Source of the DNA: an uncultured delta proteobacterium
GTDB lineage: Bacteria; Myxococcota; UBA727; VGSZ01
Direction: 5' to 3'
Length of the DNA: 64,000 nt
NCBI GenBank assembly: GCA_963775425.1
Contig: CAVZJB010000007.1
Span: 128,001-192,000, forward strand
Part shown: positions 29,530 through 39,324 of the stretch, one piece after another
Layout: the number at the start of each line of letters is the position of its first letter
How positions within the stretch are numbered: position 1 is the first letter of the stretch
The notes under the pieces: generated by a model
The model's input: the letters and a program-made list of their open reading frames with translations, nothing else
What the model was told of the DNA's origin: nothing
Databases searched by the model: none
Made by a program: the position numbers and the translations under genes

Positions 29530-30939
29530 CTACTTGATGGCGCCGAGGGCGCGGGCGTGCGCCACGATGCGGGCCACGGTGGCGGGGCCGTCGCGCCGGC
29601 CGTCCCTCGGCGAGGGGTGGGCGTCGGCCCAGGCCTCGAGCTCCTTCTGGCCCAGGTCCGGCACGGGCACCGCCCCGGGGGCGAGGTGGAAGTTGATGTC
29701 GCTCAGGCCAGAGGTGCAGCCGTCGGTGGCGTAGATGGCGTCGACGTCGACGTCGAGGGGCTCGAGCTCCGCCGGCGGCAGCGGCGTGCCGTCGAGCAGG
29801 AGCTGCTCGTCGAGGAGCCCCCACAGGTCGTTGGCGGCGTCGTCGCGCACGTTGAGGGGATCGAGCTCGTGCTGCCGCAGCACGCTCGCGATGACCGAGG
29901 TGTGGTCGAGCACCGTCGACGACACCTGCGGCCGCACGTACGGCGAGATGACCAGGCTCGGCACGCGGAAGCCGAGCTGCTGGAAGTCCTCGCGCTCGTC
30001 CGCCGTCTGCGGCGGCGCGACGTGATCGAAGAAGCCGCCGTGCTCGTCGTAGGTGACGACGAAGAGGCACTCGTGCCACTGCGGGCTCTTCGCGAGCGCG
30101 GCGTAGATGGCGGCGATGAGCACCTGGCCGGCCATGGGGTGCTCGGGCGGGTGGTCGTCGTTCATCCCGAAGACCGGGTCGAGGTGCACGAAGGGCGGCA
30201 GGGTGCCGGCGGCGGCGTCCTCGAAGAACGCATCGAGCTTCTTGTACTCGGGCTGCTCGAGCGAGTGCCCGGGGAAGATCATCTGGAACGGCAGGTTCCC
30301 GTAGTACTCGGCCCAGCGGACGCGGGCGTCGTCGAGCCGGGTGTAGATGGTGGGCAGCGTCTGGTCCTGCATCAGATCGTTGCTCTGGCCCCCGTCCGAC
30401 GACGCGAACAGCGAGAAGTAGCGGTTGGGCCACGTGGGGCCCATGACGCTCGCGAACCAGCGCTGGCACAGCGCGTAGTTGTCGGCGAGGGCGTAGCTCG
30501 TCGGGGCCATGGCGCGGTTCAGGTAGCCCATCACGCGGTGGGCCTCGTCGGTGCCGTGGGAGCGCTCGTGCACGCGCACAAAGCCGTCGTTTTGGCCGCC
30601 GTCGAAGCTCTCGTGCGAAGCGTTCCAACTGTGGTTCGGGTCCTCGATGCAGCTCGCGTCGGCGAGCGCGATGGGGATCTGGGTGCCGTCGGCGAGCGGG
30701 TTCTGCATGCCCGGCTTGAGGCCGTCGACGTCGTCGCGCCCCTCGAGCAGCGACAGCGAGCCGTAGACGTGGTCGAAGGAGCGGTTCTCCTGCATGAGCA
30801 CGACCACGGTCTTGATGCGCTGGCGCAACAGCGCCGGCGTCACCGAGGTGAACCCCGGCCGGCGCCCGACGCAGGAGACGGCGGGGGTGAGCGCGGCGGC
30901 CCCGAGGCCCTTCAAGACGGTGCGGCGATCGATGCGCAT
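29530..30939 (-). CDS. Tat-exported phosphoesterase / phospholipase C family protein
   Basis: DRRTVLKG twin-arginine signal. VVVLMQENRSFDH, GPTWPNR, DDHPP, TYDEHGGFFDHV, LGFRVP. Confidence 0.92.
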   Translation of the reverse strand: MRIDRRTVLKGLGAAALTPAVSCVGRRPGFTSVTPALLRQRIKTVVVLMQENRSFDHVYGSLSLLEGRDDVDGLKPGMQNPLADGTQIPIALADASCIEDPNHSWNASHESFDGGQNDGFVRVHERSHGTDEAHRVMGYLNRAMAPTSYALADNYALCQRWFASVMGPTWPNRYFSLFASSDGGQSNDLMQDQTLPTIYTRLDDARVRWAEYYGNLPFQMIFPGHSLEQPEYKKLDAFFEDAAAGTLPPFVHLDPVFGMNDDHPPEHPMAGQVLIAAIYAALAKSPQWHECLFVVTYDEHGGFFDHVAPPQTADEREDFQQLGFRVPSLVISPYVRPQVSSTVLDHTSVIASVLRQHELDPLNVRDDAANDLWGLLDEQLLLDGTPLPPAELEPLDVDVDAIYATDGCTSGLSDINFHLAPGAVPVPDLGQKELEAWADAHPSPRDGRRDGPATVARIVAHARALGAIK

Positions 30940-31039
30940 GGATCCCCCATAGCAGGGCAAACCGTGACCCTACAGGCAGCTCATTATCGGAATATGCGTT
31001 CTGATCAACACCCGTCTCGCGGCGGGCCCGGCCGTCGGA

Positions 31040-31561
31040 CTACTTCTTTTCGAACGTGAACTTCTGGCCGCCGACGGCGGCGTCGGCCATGAGGCCCACC
31101 TTGGTGTAGGTCATCACGGCGACGCCGTTGTTGTAGCCGAGCGCGCCGCCGACGCCCTTGTCCGCGGCGACGGCGGTGGCGTGGGCGTCCATCTCGACGT
31201 TGCCCTGGATGAAGCGCTCGAGGGCCTTCTTATCCTTGAAGAACACGATCTCGGTGTACTGCTCCCCGCCGGCGCCGAGGCCGATGGAGAGCTGCATGAG
31301 CTTGCTCGTGCCGATCTCCTTGCCGCGCTGAAAGACCGCGCCCTCGCCGAAGGCGCCGCCGACGCCGAAGGCGCCGCGACCGACGCGTGGGAAGACCGCG
31401 TACGCGTAGGACGACTTGAAGTACGCCTTCAGCTCCTTCTTTCCCTTGAGCGTCTTGATGGTGGCGCCGAGCTCCGCCGTGCTCGGCGGCCCGGACGGCC
31501 CGTCGGCGAACGCCGCGAAAGAGAACAGCGACAGGACGATGGCGATGAGGAGCTGCTTCAT
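31040..31561 (-). CDS. Secreted SYLF/Ysc84 lipid-binding domain protein
   Basis: AYAVFPRVGRGAFGVGGAFGEG, SIGLGAGGE, GLMADAAVGGQKF. Signal peptide. Confidence 0.88.
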   Translation of the reverse strand: MKQLLIAIVLSLFSFAAFADGPSGPPSTAELGATIKTLKGKKELKAYFKSSYAYAVFPRVGRGAFGVGGAFGEGAVFQRGKEIGTSKLMQLSIGLGAGGEQYTEIVFFKDKKALERFIQGNVEMDAHATAVAADKGVGGALGYNNGVAVMTYTKVGLMADAAVGGQKFTFEKK

Positions 31562-31616
31562 GCCGCGAGCATCCCGAGCGGCGCCGGCGCCACAAGGGGG
31601 CACACGGTGAGCGCGC

Positions 31617-33053
31617 TCACGCGCGGCCGAGCGCCTGGAGCTGCGCGAGCAGCGGCTGCATGAAGCGGTGGAACTCGTCCTGGTAGGGCTTCGGCACGGG
31701 CGCGGCGTTCGGGAACTTCTGCTTCGACGGATCGACGTGGACGCCGCTCTTGAACATCCCGAAGTGCAGGTGCGGCCCCGTCGACAGCCCCGTGGAGCCG
31801 ACGTAGCCGATGATCTGCTTCTGCGTGACGCGCGCGCCTTTCTTGATGCCGTCGGCGAAGCGCGACATGTGGAAGTACTCGGTCTCGAACCCGTTCATGT
31901 GCTTGATCTTCACCATGTTGCCCGCGCCACCGTTTCTGCGGGCGACCTCGACGACGCCGTCGGCGACGGTCCAGATGGGGGTGCCGATGGGGGCGCCGTA
32001 GTCGATGCCGTCGTGCATCCGCTGGTGCTTGAGCAGCGGGTGGAAGCGCATGCCGTAGCTCGACGTCACGCGCGTCATCTCCATGGGCGCCTTGAGGAAG
32101 GTGCGGCGCAGGCCGTTGCCCTCGTCGTCGTACGTGCCGCTCTGCTTGCCGTCCTTCGAGCTGAACAGGAAGCCGCGGTAGACGGCGCCGGCGTTTCGGT
32201 ATTCGGCGGCGAGCACCTTGCCGTAGCCGAGGAAGCGGCCGCCGGCGTAGCGCTTCTCGACGAGGACCTTCCACTGATCGCCCGCGCGCGTCTGGCGGTA
32301 GAAGTCGATGTTCCACGCGAACACGTCGACGAAGCGGTTGACGAGGTTGGCGTCCTCCCCCGCCTCGAGCACGGCCTGGTAGAGGCTCGAGCGCACAGCG
32401 CCTGAGACGCCCTCGACCTTGGTCTCGATGGGGGCGTCGGTGATGGTGACGTCGAAGGTGGTCTCGGCGTCGTCGACGGTGATGGGCGGGTCCCGCCGCT
32501 CGGCGAGCAGGGTGCGCGGCACGCCCCCCGGTGACAGCGTCTTCAGCTCGAACGACGTGAGCGGGCTGGAGCCGCCGGCGACCGCGCGCTTCTTGATCGT
32601 GAAGCTCAGGCCCTCGCGCAGCCCGCGCAGGTCGAGCTTCCCCTTGAGGGAGCGCACGAGCGCGGACACGTCGTCGCGGCTGCAGCCGTGGCGCGCGAGG
32701 GCGGAGGAGAGCGCCTCGTCGCTGCCGAGCTTGTCGACGATGGTCTCGTCCTTCGGCGTCTCGACGACCGGCGGCGGCGGCGGCGGCGCGACCGCGGCGA
32801 CGACCGGCGGCGGCGCGGGCGGCGCGGGCGGCGCGGCAGGCGCGGGCGCGGGCGCGGCAGGCGCGGACGCGACCCGGGCGTGCGACCGGGCGGCGAGCGC
32901 GGGAGCGAGCGCGGCGGCGGCCGCGGGGATGAGGCAGGCGGCCGCGACGACGACGACGCGGGCCCGCCCGAGGCCCGGGACCTTGCGACGCGCCTGGGCG
33001 CCTGTCGCCGGCTGGCTCCACCTTCCACCTTGTGCGTACCGGAGGCTCCCCAT
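31617..33053 (-). CDS. M23 peptidoglycan DD-endopeptidase (MepM-like)
   Basis: HDGIDYGAPIGTP, YFHMS, GSTGLSTGPHLHF, FAWNIDFY. TTGACT-18nt-CAAGGT 6 nt upstream of ATG 33053. Confidence 0.92.
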   Translation of the reverse strand: MGSLRYAQGGRWSQPATGAQARRKVPGLGRARVVVVAAACLIPAAAAALAPALAARSHARVASAPAAPAPAPAAPPAPPAPPPVVAAVAPPPPPPVVETPKDETIVDKLGSDEALSSALARHGCSRDDVSALVRSLKGKLDLRGLREGLSFTIKKRAVAGGSSPLTSFELKTLSPGGVPRTLLAERRDPPITVDDAETTFDVTITDAPIETKVEGVSGAVRSSLYQAVLEAGEDANLVNRFVDVFAWNIDFYRQTRAGDQWKVLVEKRYAGGRFLGYGKVLAAEYRNAGAVYRGFLFSSKDGKQSGTYDDEGNGLRRTFLKAPMEMTRVTSSYGMRFHPLLKHQRMHDGIDYGAPIGTPIWTVADGVVEVARRNGGAGNMVKIKHMNGFETEYFHMSRFADGIKKGARVTQKQIIGYVGSTGLSTGPHLHFGMFKSGVHVDPSKQKFPNAAPVPKPYQDEFHRFMQPLLAQLQALGRA

Positions 33054-33227
33054 GGCGCCACCTTGATCGACCTTCGCACCCCAAGTCAAAAAAACAGCCA
33101 CCGGTCGTGCCGACCGGAGCTCGCGCGCAGCGAGGGGGAGGCGCAGGCGGATACGAACGGACGGGTCTGCGCGCGGTCACGCGCGTTTGAGTTGTCCTTC
33201 ACGGCGCCGCCATGCACGCTCGGGGAG

Positions 33228-36071
33228 ATGACCACGACGACCGAGCCCAAGGAGGTCGGTGAGCCCACGCTCGTGGTGCGGTTCGTCCACGACGACGCCG
33301 ATCGCGTGGCGCAGGTCGCCGAGTGGGCGGCCGGAGCCGTCGCGCGGCGCAAGCGCGTCGTCCTCGTCGCGACGCGGGCGCACCTGGCGGCTTTCGCGGA
33401 AGCGCTGGGGCCGGCCGCCGACGGCGTCCGCCTCCTCGACGCGCACGAGACGCTGTCGTCGATCATGGTGGAAGGTCACCCCGACCGCGCGCGGCTGCGG
33501 CGGGTCATCGGGCCCCATGTCACGGGGGGCGACGGGCGCGCGGTGTGCGTCTACGGCGAGATGGTCGACGTGCTCCTGCGCGAAGGCCGCGCCGAGGCCG
33601 CCCTGGAGCTCGAGGAGGCGTGGGACCAGCTTCGGCGCGCGGCGCGCCTCTCCGTGCTGTGCACGTACGCGACCGCCGAGGCGAACGACGCGCGCGGCGC
33701 GCTCGATCGCGTGCGCGCCCTCAGCGACGAGCTCCTCTCGTTCGTCGACCACGCCGACATCGCCATCCACACCGTCGGCGACGACGGCAGCGTCCTGTTC
33801 GCCAACCGCACCGCCGTCGCGCTCTTCGGCAGGCCCAGGGTGGACATCGTGGGCAAGCCGCTGTCGGCGTTCTTCGACGACGAGAGCATCGCCGGCCGCA
33901 TCGTTCGCGGTGAGACGCTCGTCGAGGTGCCGGCGCGCGTGCGCCGGCCCGACGGCGTCCGCGACGTCGTCATCACCTCGCACCCCCGGCAGCGCGAGGG
34001 CGCGCTCCCCGGCACCGCGTGCTTCCTCCGCGACGTCACCACCGCCAACGCGCACGCGCGGCGCACCGAGACGCTCCTCAGCGTCACCACCGCGCTCGCC
34101 GGCGCCGTCTCCGTCGACGACGTCTTCGCAGCCGTGCTCGAAGGGCGCGCCCGCCTGCACGGCATCGCGGGGGCCGCCGTGTTCGTCAGCGACGACGACG
34201 GCGCCACCGCCGGGCTCGCGCGGGCCTGGGGCGCCCCGCCGGACGGCGCGGCCGCCGCGCGCGCCATGCGCGACCGCCGCGCGTCATGGGTCGACTCGCA
34301 GCCGCGCGTCGCCGCGCTGCCCATCGAAGCGGGCGGGCGCGTCCTCGGCGCCCTCACCGTGCAGCTCGACGACGGGCCGGCGCTCGACGACGACGCGCGC
34401 CACTTCCTCGAGCTGGTCGCGCGCTACACCGGCCAGGCGCTCGAGCGGCTGCGCCTGCTCGAGCGCGAGAAGGCGCAGCGCCGGGTGGCCGAGGCGCGCG
34501 CCGCGCGGGACCGGCTGTTGAGCCGCGCCTCGCTCGCGTTCTCCCAGCCGGGGCACGACGTCGAGGCCACGCTGCAGGCGGCGGTGTTGCACACCATCGA
34601 AGGCTTCGCCGATTCGTGCGCCGTGCTGCTCGTCGAGGGCGAGCACCTCGTGTTGTCCGCGGCCGCGGATCGCGACCCCGCCGCGACGGCGGCCTTGGGG
34701 CCGACCCTTCGCAACACGCCCCTGCGGGTCGGCGAGGGCATCGCCGGGCGCGTGGCGCAGACCGGCGATAGCTCGCTGGTCAACGTCGACGACCCGGCGG
34801 CCCTGGCGCGGCCCGGGGTCGACCCCGCGCTCGCGCGCTACTTCCCGCGGAGCATCCTCACCGCGCCCTTGCGGGTGGAGGGCAGGATCATCGGCGCGCT
34901 GTCGGCCACGCGACGTGCCCTCCCCGCCTTCGACGACGACGACCGGAGCCTCGTCGAGGCGCTGGCGGAGCGCGCCGCCGCGGCCATCGAGCGCAGCCGG
35001 CTCCACGAGGAGAGCCAGCGAGCGCGTGACGTCGCGGAGCGCCTGTACCGGCTGGCCGACGCCATGAACCGCGCCGTGCGGGTCGAAGAGGTCTGCGACG
35101 CGGCGCACGAGGCGCTCGCCGGCCTCGACGGCGTCCGCGCTTCGATCCGTCCGTTGCGCGACGCCGAGCGCCGCTGGCCGCACATGGTCGGCTACGCGGG
35201 GCCCGCGCCCGCCCAGGAGCCGGGGGACGGCGCGTACGGAACCCTCGTGGCGGGCTGCGGCAAGCACGTCGGTGAGCTGTCCGTGCAGCTCGAGGGCGCG
35301 CGGGCGCTCACGCCCGCCGAGAGCGCGATGATCGACGCCGTCGCCAGCCACGCGTCCGCCGCCTTCGCCCGGCTGTCGCTCCTCGACGAGCTCAACGAGG
35401 GCCTTCGCTTCAACGAGATCTTCACCGGGATGCTCGGGCACGAGCTCAGGAACCCGCTCGGGACCATCCTCACGGCGGGGCAGCTCGCCTTGCGCCGCGC
35501 CGACGAGCGCGTGGCGCGCCCGCTCGAGCGCGTCATCTCGAGCGGCGCGCGCATGTCGCGGATGATCGACCAGCTCCTCGACTTCACGCGCGTCCGCATC
35601 GGCGGAGGCATCCCGCTCCACCGCACGCCCACGGACCTCGTGCCCCTCGTGCGCGCCATCTTCGACGAGCACGAGCACGAGCGCGGCGAGCGCGCGCTCG
35701 ACGTCCACGCCACAGGCGACACGTGCGGCGCGTGGGACGCCGACCGGCTCCTGCAGGTGTTTTCGAACCTCGTGGCCAACGCGGTACGCCACGGCACGGG
35801 CGCCGTCCGCGTCGACGTCGACGGCACCGACGCCGCGCGCGTGGAGGTGCGCGTGCACAACGACGGCGCCATCTCCGAGGCGTTGCTCCCCAGGCTCTTC
35901 GAGCCCATGACCGGCGGCGACGCGCGTCGCGACGGCTCGCGCGGGCTCGGCCTCGGCCTCTACATCACGCGGCGGATCATCGAGGCGCACGGCGGGCGCA
36001 TCTTCGTGGACTCGGGCCCGGAGCAGGGGACGCTGTTCACAATCTGGCTTCCCCGGCGCGACCAAGCGTAG
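33228..36071 (+). CDS. Multi-sensor histidine kinase (MEDS-PAS-GAF-GAF-HisKA-HATPase)
   Basis: VYGEMVDVL...ALELEEAW (MEDS), LGHELRNPL, NLVANAVRH, GLGLGLYI. Confidence 0.9.
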   Translation: MTTTTEPKEVGEPTLVVRFVHDDADRVAQVAEWAAGAVARRKRVVLVATRAHLAAFAEALGPAADGVRLLDAHETLSSIMVEGHPDRARLRRVIGPHVTGGDGRAVCVYGEMVDVLLREGRAEAALELEEAWDQLRRAARLSVLCTYATAEANDARGALDRVRALSDELLSFVDHADIAIHTVGDDGSVLFANRTAVALFGRPRVDIVGKPLSAFFDDESIAGRIVRGETLVEVPARVRRPDGVRDVVITSHPRQREGALPGTACFLRDVTTANAHARRTETLLSVTTALAGAVSVDDVFAAVLEGRARLHGIAGAAVFVSDDDGATAGLARAWGAPPDGAAAARAMRDRRASWVDSQPRVAALPIEAGGRVLGALTVQLDDGPALDDDARHFLELVARYTGQALERLRLLEREKAQRRVAEARAARDRLLSRASLAFSQPGHDVEATLQAAVLHTIEGFADSCAVLLVEGEHLVLSAAADRDPAATAALGPTLRNTPLRVGEGIAGRVAQTGDSSLVNVDDPAALARPGVDPALARYFPRSILTAPLRVEGRIIGALSATRRALPAFDDDDRSLVEALAERAAAAIERSRLHEESQRARDVAERLYRLADAMNRAVRVEEVCDAAHEALAGLDGVRASIRPLRDAERRWPHMVGYAGPAPAQEPGDGAYGTLVAGCGKHVGELSVQLEGARALTPAESAMIDAVASHASAAFARLSLLDELNEGLRFNEIFTGMLGHELRNPLGTILTAGQLALRRADERVARPLERVISSGARMSRMIDQLLDFTRVRIGGGIPLHRTPTDLVPLVRAIFDEHEHERGERALDVHATGDTCGAWDADRLLQVFSNLVANAVRHGTGAVRVDVDGTDAARVEVRVHNDGAISEALLPRLFEPMTGGDARRDGSRGLGLGLYITRRIIEAHGGRIFVDSGPEQGTLFTIWLPRRDQA

Positions 36072-36082
36072 CATTCGGCGTC

Positions 36083-36421
36083 ATGGGGATTCTGATCGTC
36101 GACGACGAAGACGGCATTCGGGAATCGCTCGAAGAGCTGCTTCGCGACGAGGGATACGACGTCGAGACGGCGGCCAACGGGCGCGAGGCGCTCGATCGCT
36201 TGAGCCAGGCGCTGCCCTGTGTCGTGATCCTCGATCTGTTGATGCCGGGCATCAGCGGCAACGAGGTCTACGAGCGCATGCAGAAGGACGCCCGTCTCGC
36301 CGCCGTCCCCGTGATCGTGTCCACGTCGGCGCCCGAGCGCGCGCCCCCGGGCTCGCTCATCATGAAGAAGCCCATCGACGTCGACCGCCTGTTGGGGGTG
36401 ATCAAGACCTTCTGCTCGTGA
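36083..36421 (+). CDS. Single-domain response regulator
   Basis: ILIVDDE, ILDLLMP, KKP. Confidence 0.92.
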   Translation: MGILIVDDEDGIRESLEELLRDEGYDVETAANGREALDRLSQALPCVVILDLLMPGISGNEVYERMQKDARLAAVPVIVSTSAPERAPPGSLIMKKPIDVDRLLGVIKTFCS

Positions 36422-36472
36422 CGGCCGCCCGCGGGCAGTGGCCCGGCCCGGGCGCCGCGCTATAACGCCCGC

Positions 36473-37105
36473 GTGGAAGCAGCATGGGACTACTTCGAGC
36501 GCGGCGGGCCCGTCATGTACGTGCTCGTCGTTTGCTCCATCATCGCCGTCACCATCTTCGTGGAGCGGCTCGTCGCCCTGCGCACCGGACGGGTGGCGCC
36601 GCGGGAGCTGTTGCACGAGGTCACCGAGCTGTTGAAGGGCGACAAGATGGCCGAGGCCATCGGCCGCTGCGTCGGCTCCGCCACGCCCATGGGCGCGATC
36701 TTCGCGGCGGTGCTGCGCAGGAGCGAGCGGCCCGAGGCCGAGCTCAAGGAGGCGGCGCAAGAGATCGGGCGCCGTGAGGCCGCGCGCCTCGAGCGCTTCG
36801 TCGAGGCCATCGGCGTCATCGCCGCCCTCGGCCCGCTCCTCGGCCTGCTCGGCACGGTGCTCGGCATGATCAAGGTCTTCCAGCGCGTGAACGAGGTCGG
36901 CGCCGGCTCCCCGGTGGAGATGGCCGCGGGCATCTGGGAGGCGCTCCTCGCCACCGCCATGGGGCTCCTGGTCGGCATCCCCGCGCTCGTCATGTACCGC
37001 ATCGTCCTCGCGCGCGCCGACGCGCTCGTGCTCCGGCTCGAGGAGGAGGCCGTCGGGCTCGTCGACTTGTTGAAGACCAACAAGCCACCCTCCGCTTCAG
37101 GATGA
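36473..37105 (+). CDS. MotA/TolQ/ExbB proton-channel protein
   Basis: GGPVMY, GPLLGLLGTVLGMI, GIWEALLATAMGL, GIPA. Confidence 0.9.
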   Translation: MEAAWDYFERGGPVMYVLVVCSIIAVTIFVERLVALRTGRVAPRELLHEVTELLKGDKMAEAIGRCVGSATPMGAIFAAVLRRSERPEAELKEAAQEIGRREAARLERFVEAIGVIAALGPLLGLLGTVLGMIKVFQRVNEVGAGSPVEMAAGIWEALLATAMGLLVGIPALVMYRIVLARADALVLRLEEEAVGLVDLLKTNKPPSASG

Positions 37106-37147
37106 CGCCGCCCCGGTGATGTGGGATGTGAGCGGCCCGGAGGGACT

Positions 37148-38524
37148 GTGCCGGTGAGGGAGCAGCGCCGCAGCCAGCGGTTCCAGCACGAGCTCCTCGT
37201 CGAGCTGCACGACCGGCGCGGCCCGCGCAAGCTGTACGCCACCGACGTCGCGCGCCACGGCATCTTCCTCGCCACGGACGACCCGCCCCGCGAGCGCCAC
37301 CTCGTGCAGCTCACCGTGCACCTGCCCGGCGGCCCCATCCGCGCGGCGGGCAGCGTCACGCGCACGCTGCGCGGGCAGCGCGACCACGAGGACGGCGTCG
37401 GCATCCAATTCTTCGCGCTCTCCGACGAGGCGAAGGATCGGTGGGACGACTTCATCTTCCAGCTCCAGCGCACCACCCCGCCCCGCGGCGTCCCGCGCTA
37501 CGACCCGAAGAACGACCCGATGAACGCCCGCGCCGCCGGCGCCGACGACAGGCCTTCGGGCGCCGCGACCTTCCTCGTCAAGCTCAAGAGCGTCGAGAGC
37601 CTCCGCGCGTTCGCGCAGTCGCACCTGCGCGCCGGCGGCACCGTGCTGTTCACGCCCGTGCTCCGCGAGGCCGGCGAGGTGGTGACGCTCGTCGTGGTGC
37701 ACCCGAAGACCGACGAGGAGTTCCGGCTGCCGGGCATCGTCCACAAGGCGCACGCCGACCGGCCCAAGCGGCTCGAGATCCACTTCCACGGCGTCACGCC
37801 TGCGCTCTTGAACGGCTTCGCCGCCTATATCGAGAGCGGGCACCCGCCGCGCACGCAGCTCGACCCGCCGGTGCAGCTCGCGGGCAAGGCGGCCCCGGAC
37901 AAGGAGCTCGACCTCGACGTCGACGTCTTCGAGGACGACCCGCTCGAGCTGGACGAGCGGCTCGGCGCGCCCGTGCCCGCGCCCTCCGTCACGCCGACGG
38001 TCACGCCCACGCAGGCGCCGACGCCCACGCGCACGGCTGACGGCGACGGCGCCGCCACCGCGCCCGCGCCGAGCGGGCCCGCGGATCCGAACCTGCAACC
38101 GCGGACGTTCCGCATGCGCTGCAACCGCGACGGCTGCGCGGCGGAGCCCTACGACGTCGAGCTCGGGCCGTGCCGCGGGGTGCTCGGCTTCGTCGCCAAC
38201 CACGCCGCGTTCGTCTCCCCGTCCAACGGCCGCGTGGTGTCGTCGCCGCGGCTGGCCAGCGCCGAGGAGCGGCAGGCGCGCACGCGCAGCTACCTCGACG
38301 CCGGCGGCCAGCTCGACGCCCAGGTCGACCTCACGACGCTGCTCGGCGCGGTGGCGCTCGTCGAGCCCGCCAAGGACGCCGACGGGCCGCTCAAGCACAC
38401 GCGCGCCGTGGAGCGCCTCGAGCACGCCGCCCTGCGACTCGCGGCCGGCGCCACCGCCAGGACCAAAGTGCCGTGCCCCGTTTGCAAAGAGGGCCACGTC
38501 GTGGTCGAACTCGCCGCGAACTAG
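37148..38524 (+). CDS. Tandem PilZ-domain protein with C-terminal Cys (Zn-ribbon-like) region
   Basis: RRSQR and DVARHGIF PilZ motifs, a second PilZ-like domain, CNRDGC...CPVC. Confidence 0.75.
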   Translation: MPVREQRRSQRFQHELLVELHDRRGPRKLYATDVARHGIFLATDDPPRERHLVQLTVHLPGGPIRAAGSVTRTLRGQRDHEDGVGIQFFALSDEAKDRWDDFIFQLQRTTPPRGVPRYDPKNDPMNARAAGADDRPSGAATFLVKLKSVESLRAFAQSHLRAGGTVLFTPVLREAGEVVTLVVVHPKTDEEFRLPGIVHKAHADRPKRLEIHFHGVTPALLNGFAAYIESGHPPRTQLDPPVQLAGKAAPDKELDLDVDVFEDDPLELDERLGAPVPAPSVTPTVTPTQAPTPTRTADGDGAATAPAPSGPADPNLQPRTFRMRCNRDGCAAEPYDVELGPCRGVLGFVANHAAFVSPSNGRVVSSPRLASAEERQARTRSYLDAGGQLDAQVDLTTLLGAVALVEPAKDADGPLKHTRAVERLEHAALRLAAGATARTKVPCPVCKEGHVVVELAAN

Positions 38525-38535
38525 TGGGGCTCTCG

Positions 38536-39324
38536 ATGCGGCTGCGCTTCCTCCTTCCGTCCGCGCTCGCGCTCCTGTGCTCCACGTCCGCGCTCGCGCG
38601 ACACGGCGGTCTGTACCTCGAGCTCGCACCGGCCTGGGGCTTCTACTCGTCCAAGGAAGCCATCATCGAGCAGGGGGACGACAGCTTCGGCAGCGACGTC
38701 CCCGTGGCCACCTTCGTCCCGCAGCTCAAGGCGGGCTTCAACCTCTTCGGCTGGGCCGGCGCCGAAGCACAGATCGCCGGGCAATACTGGGACCTCGAGG
38801 GCGACCCGGGCGGCGGCGGCTACGTCGGCGGCGTCGTGCGCATCACGCCCCTCGAGGCCCTGAGCTACATCCTGCCCGACGACGTCAAGATCCCCTCGCT
38901 GTTCCCGCCGGGCCCGGTGACGTGGAAGGACCGCCCCTTCGACCTCGGCTTCTCCATGGGCGGCGGCTACACCCTCATCGGCGAGGACTACGCATACCAG
39001 GGCGGGTACTTCCAATGGGGCTTCGACCTGAAGTTCTACGTCACGCCCAACTTCGCCGTCGGCCTCGACTTCCCCTTCCGCCACCTGCTCTACCAGCCGT
39101 TCCGCTACTCCAACTACAACAAGAAGCTCGGCTACTGCACGGACCACGAGAAGGCCTTCGTGCCGCTCGGCAACACCACGGTCACCGTCCCCGACACCGC
39201 CGGCGAAGCGGGCCCCGAGATCTCGGCCAAGAACTACGAGTCCGACTGCACCAAGCCGGAGCCCGCGGCGTTCTTCTTCGCGCCCGCGTTCACGCTCACC
39301 GGCGTGTTCGACTTCGGCATCTAG
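38536..39324 (+). CDS. Outer-membrane beta-barrel protein
   Basis: Signal peptide, alternating aromatic/Gly beta strands, terminal TGVFDFGI. Confidence 0.65.
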   Translation: MRLRFLLPSALALLCSTSALARHGGLYLELAPAWGFYSSKEAIIEQGDDSFGSDVPVATFVPQLKAGFNLFGWAGAEAQIAGQYWDLEGDPGGGGYVGGVVRITPLEALSYILPDDVKIPSLFPPGPVTWKDRPFDLGFSMGGGYTLIGEDYAYQGGYFQWGFDLKFYVTPNFAVGLDFPFRHLLYQPFRYSNYNKKLGYCTDHEKAFVPLGNTTVTVPDTAGEAGPEISAKNYESDCTKPEPAAFFFAPAFTLTGVFDFGI

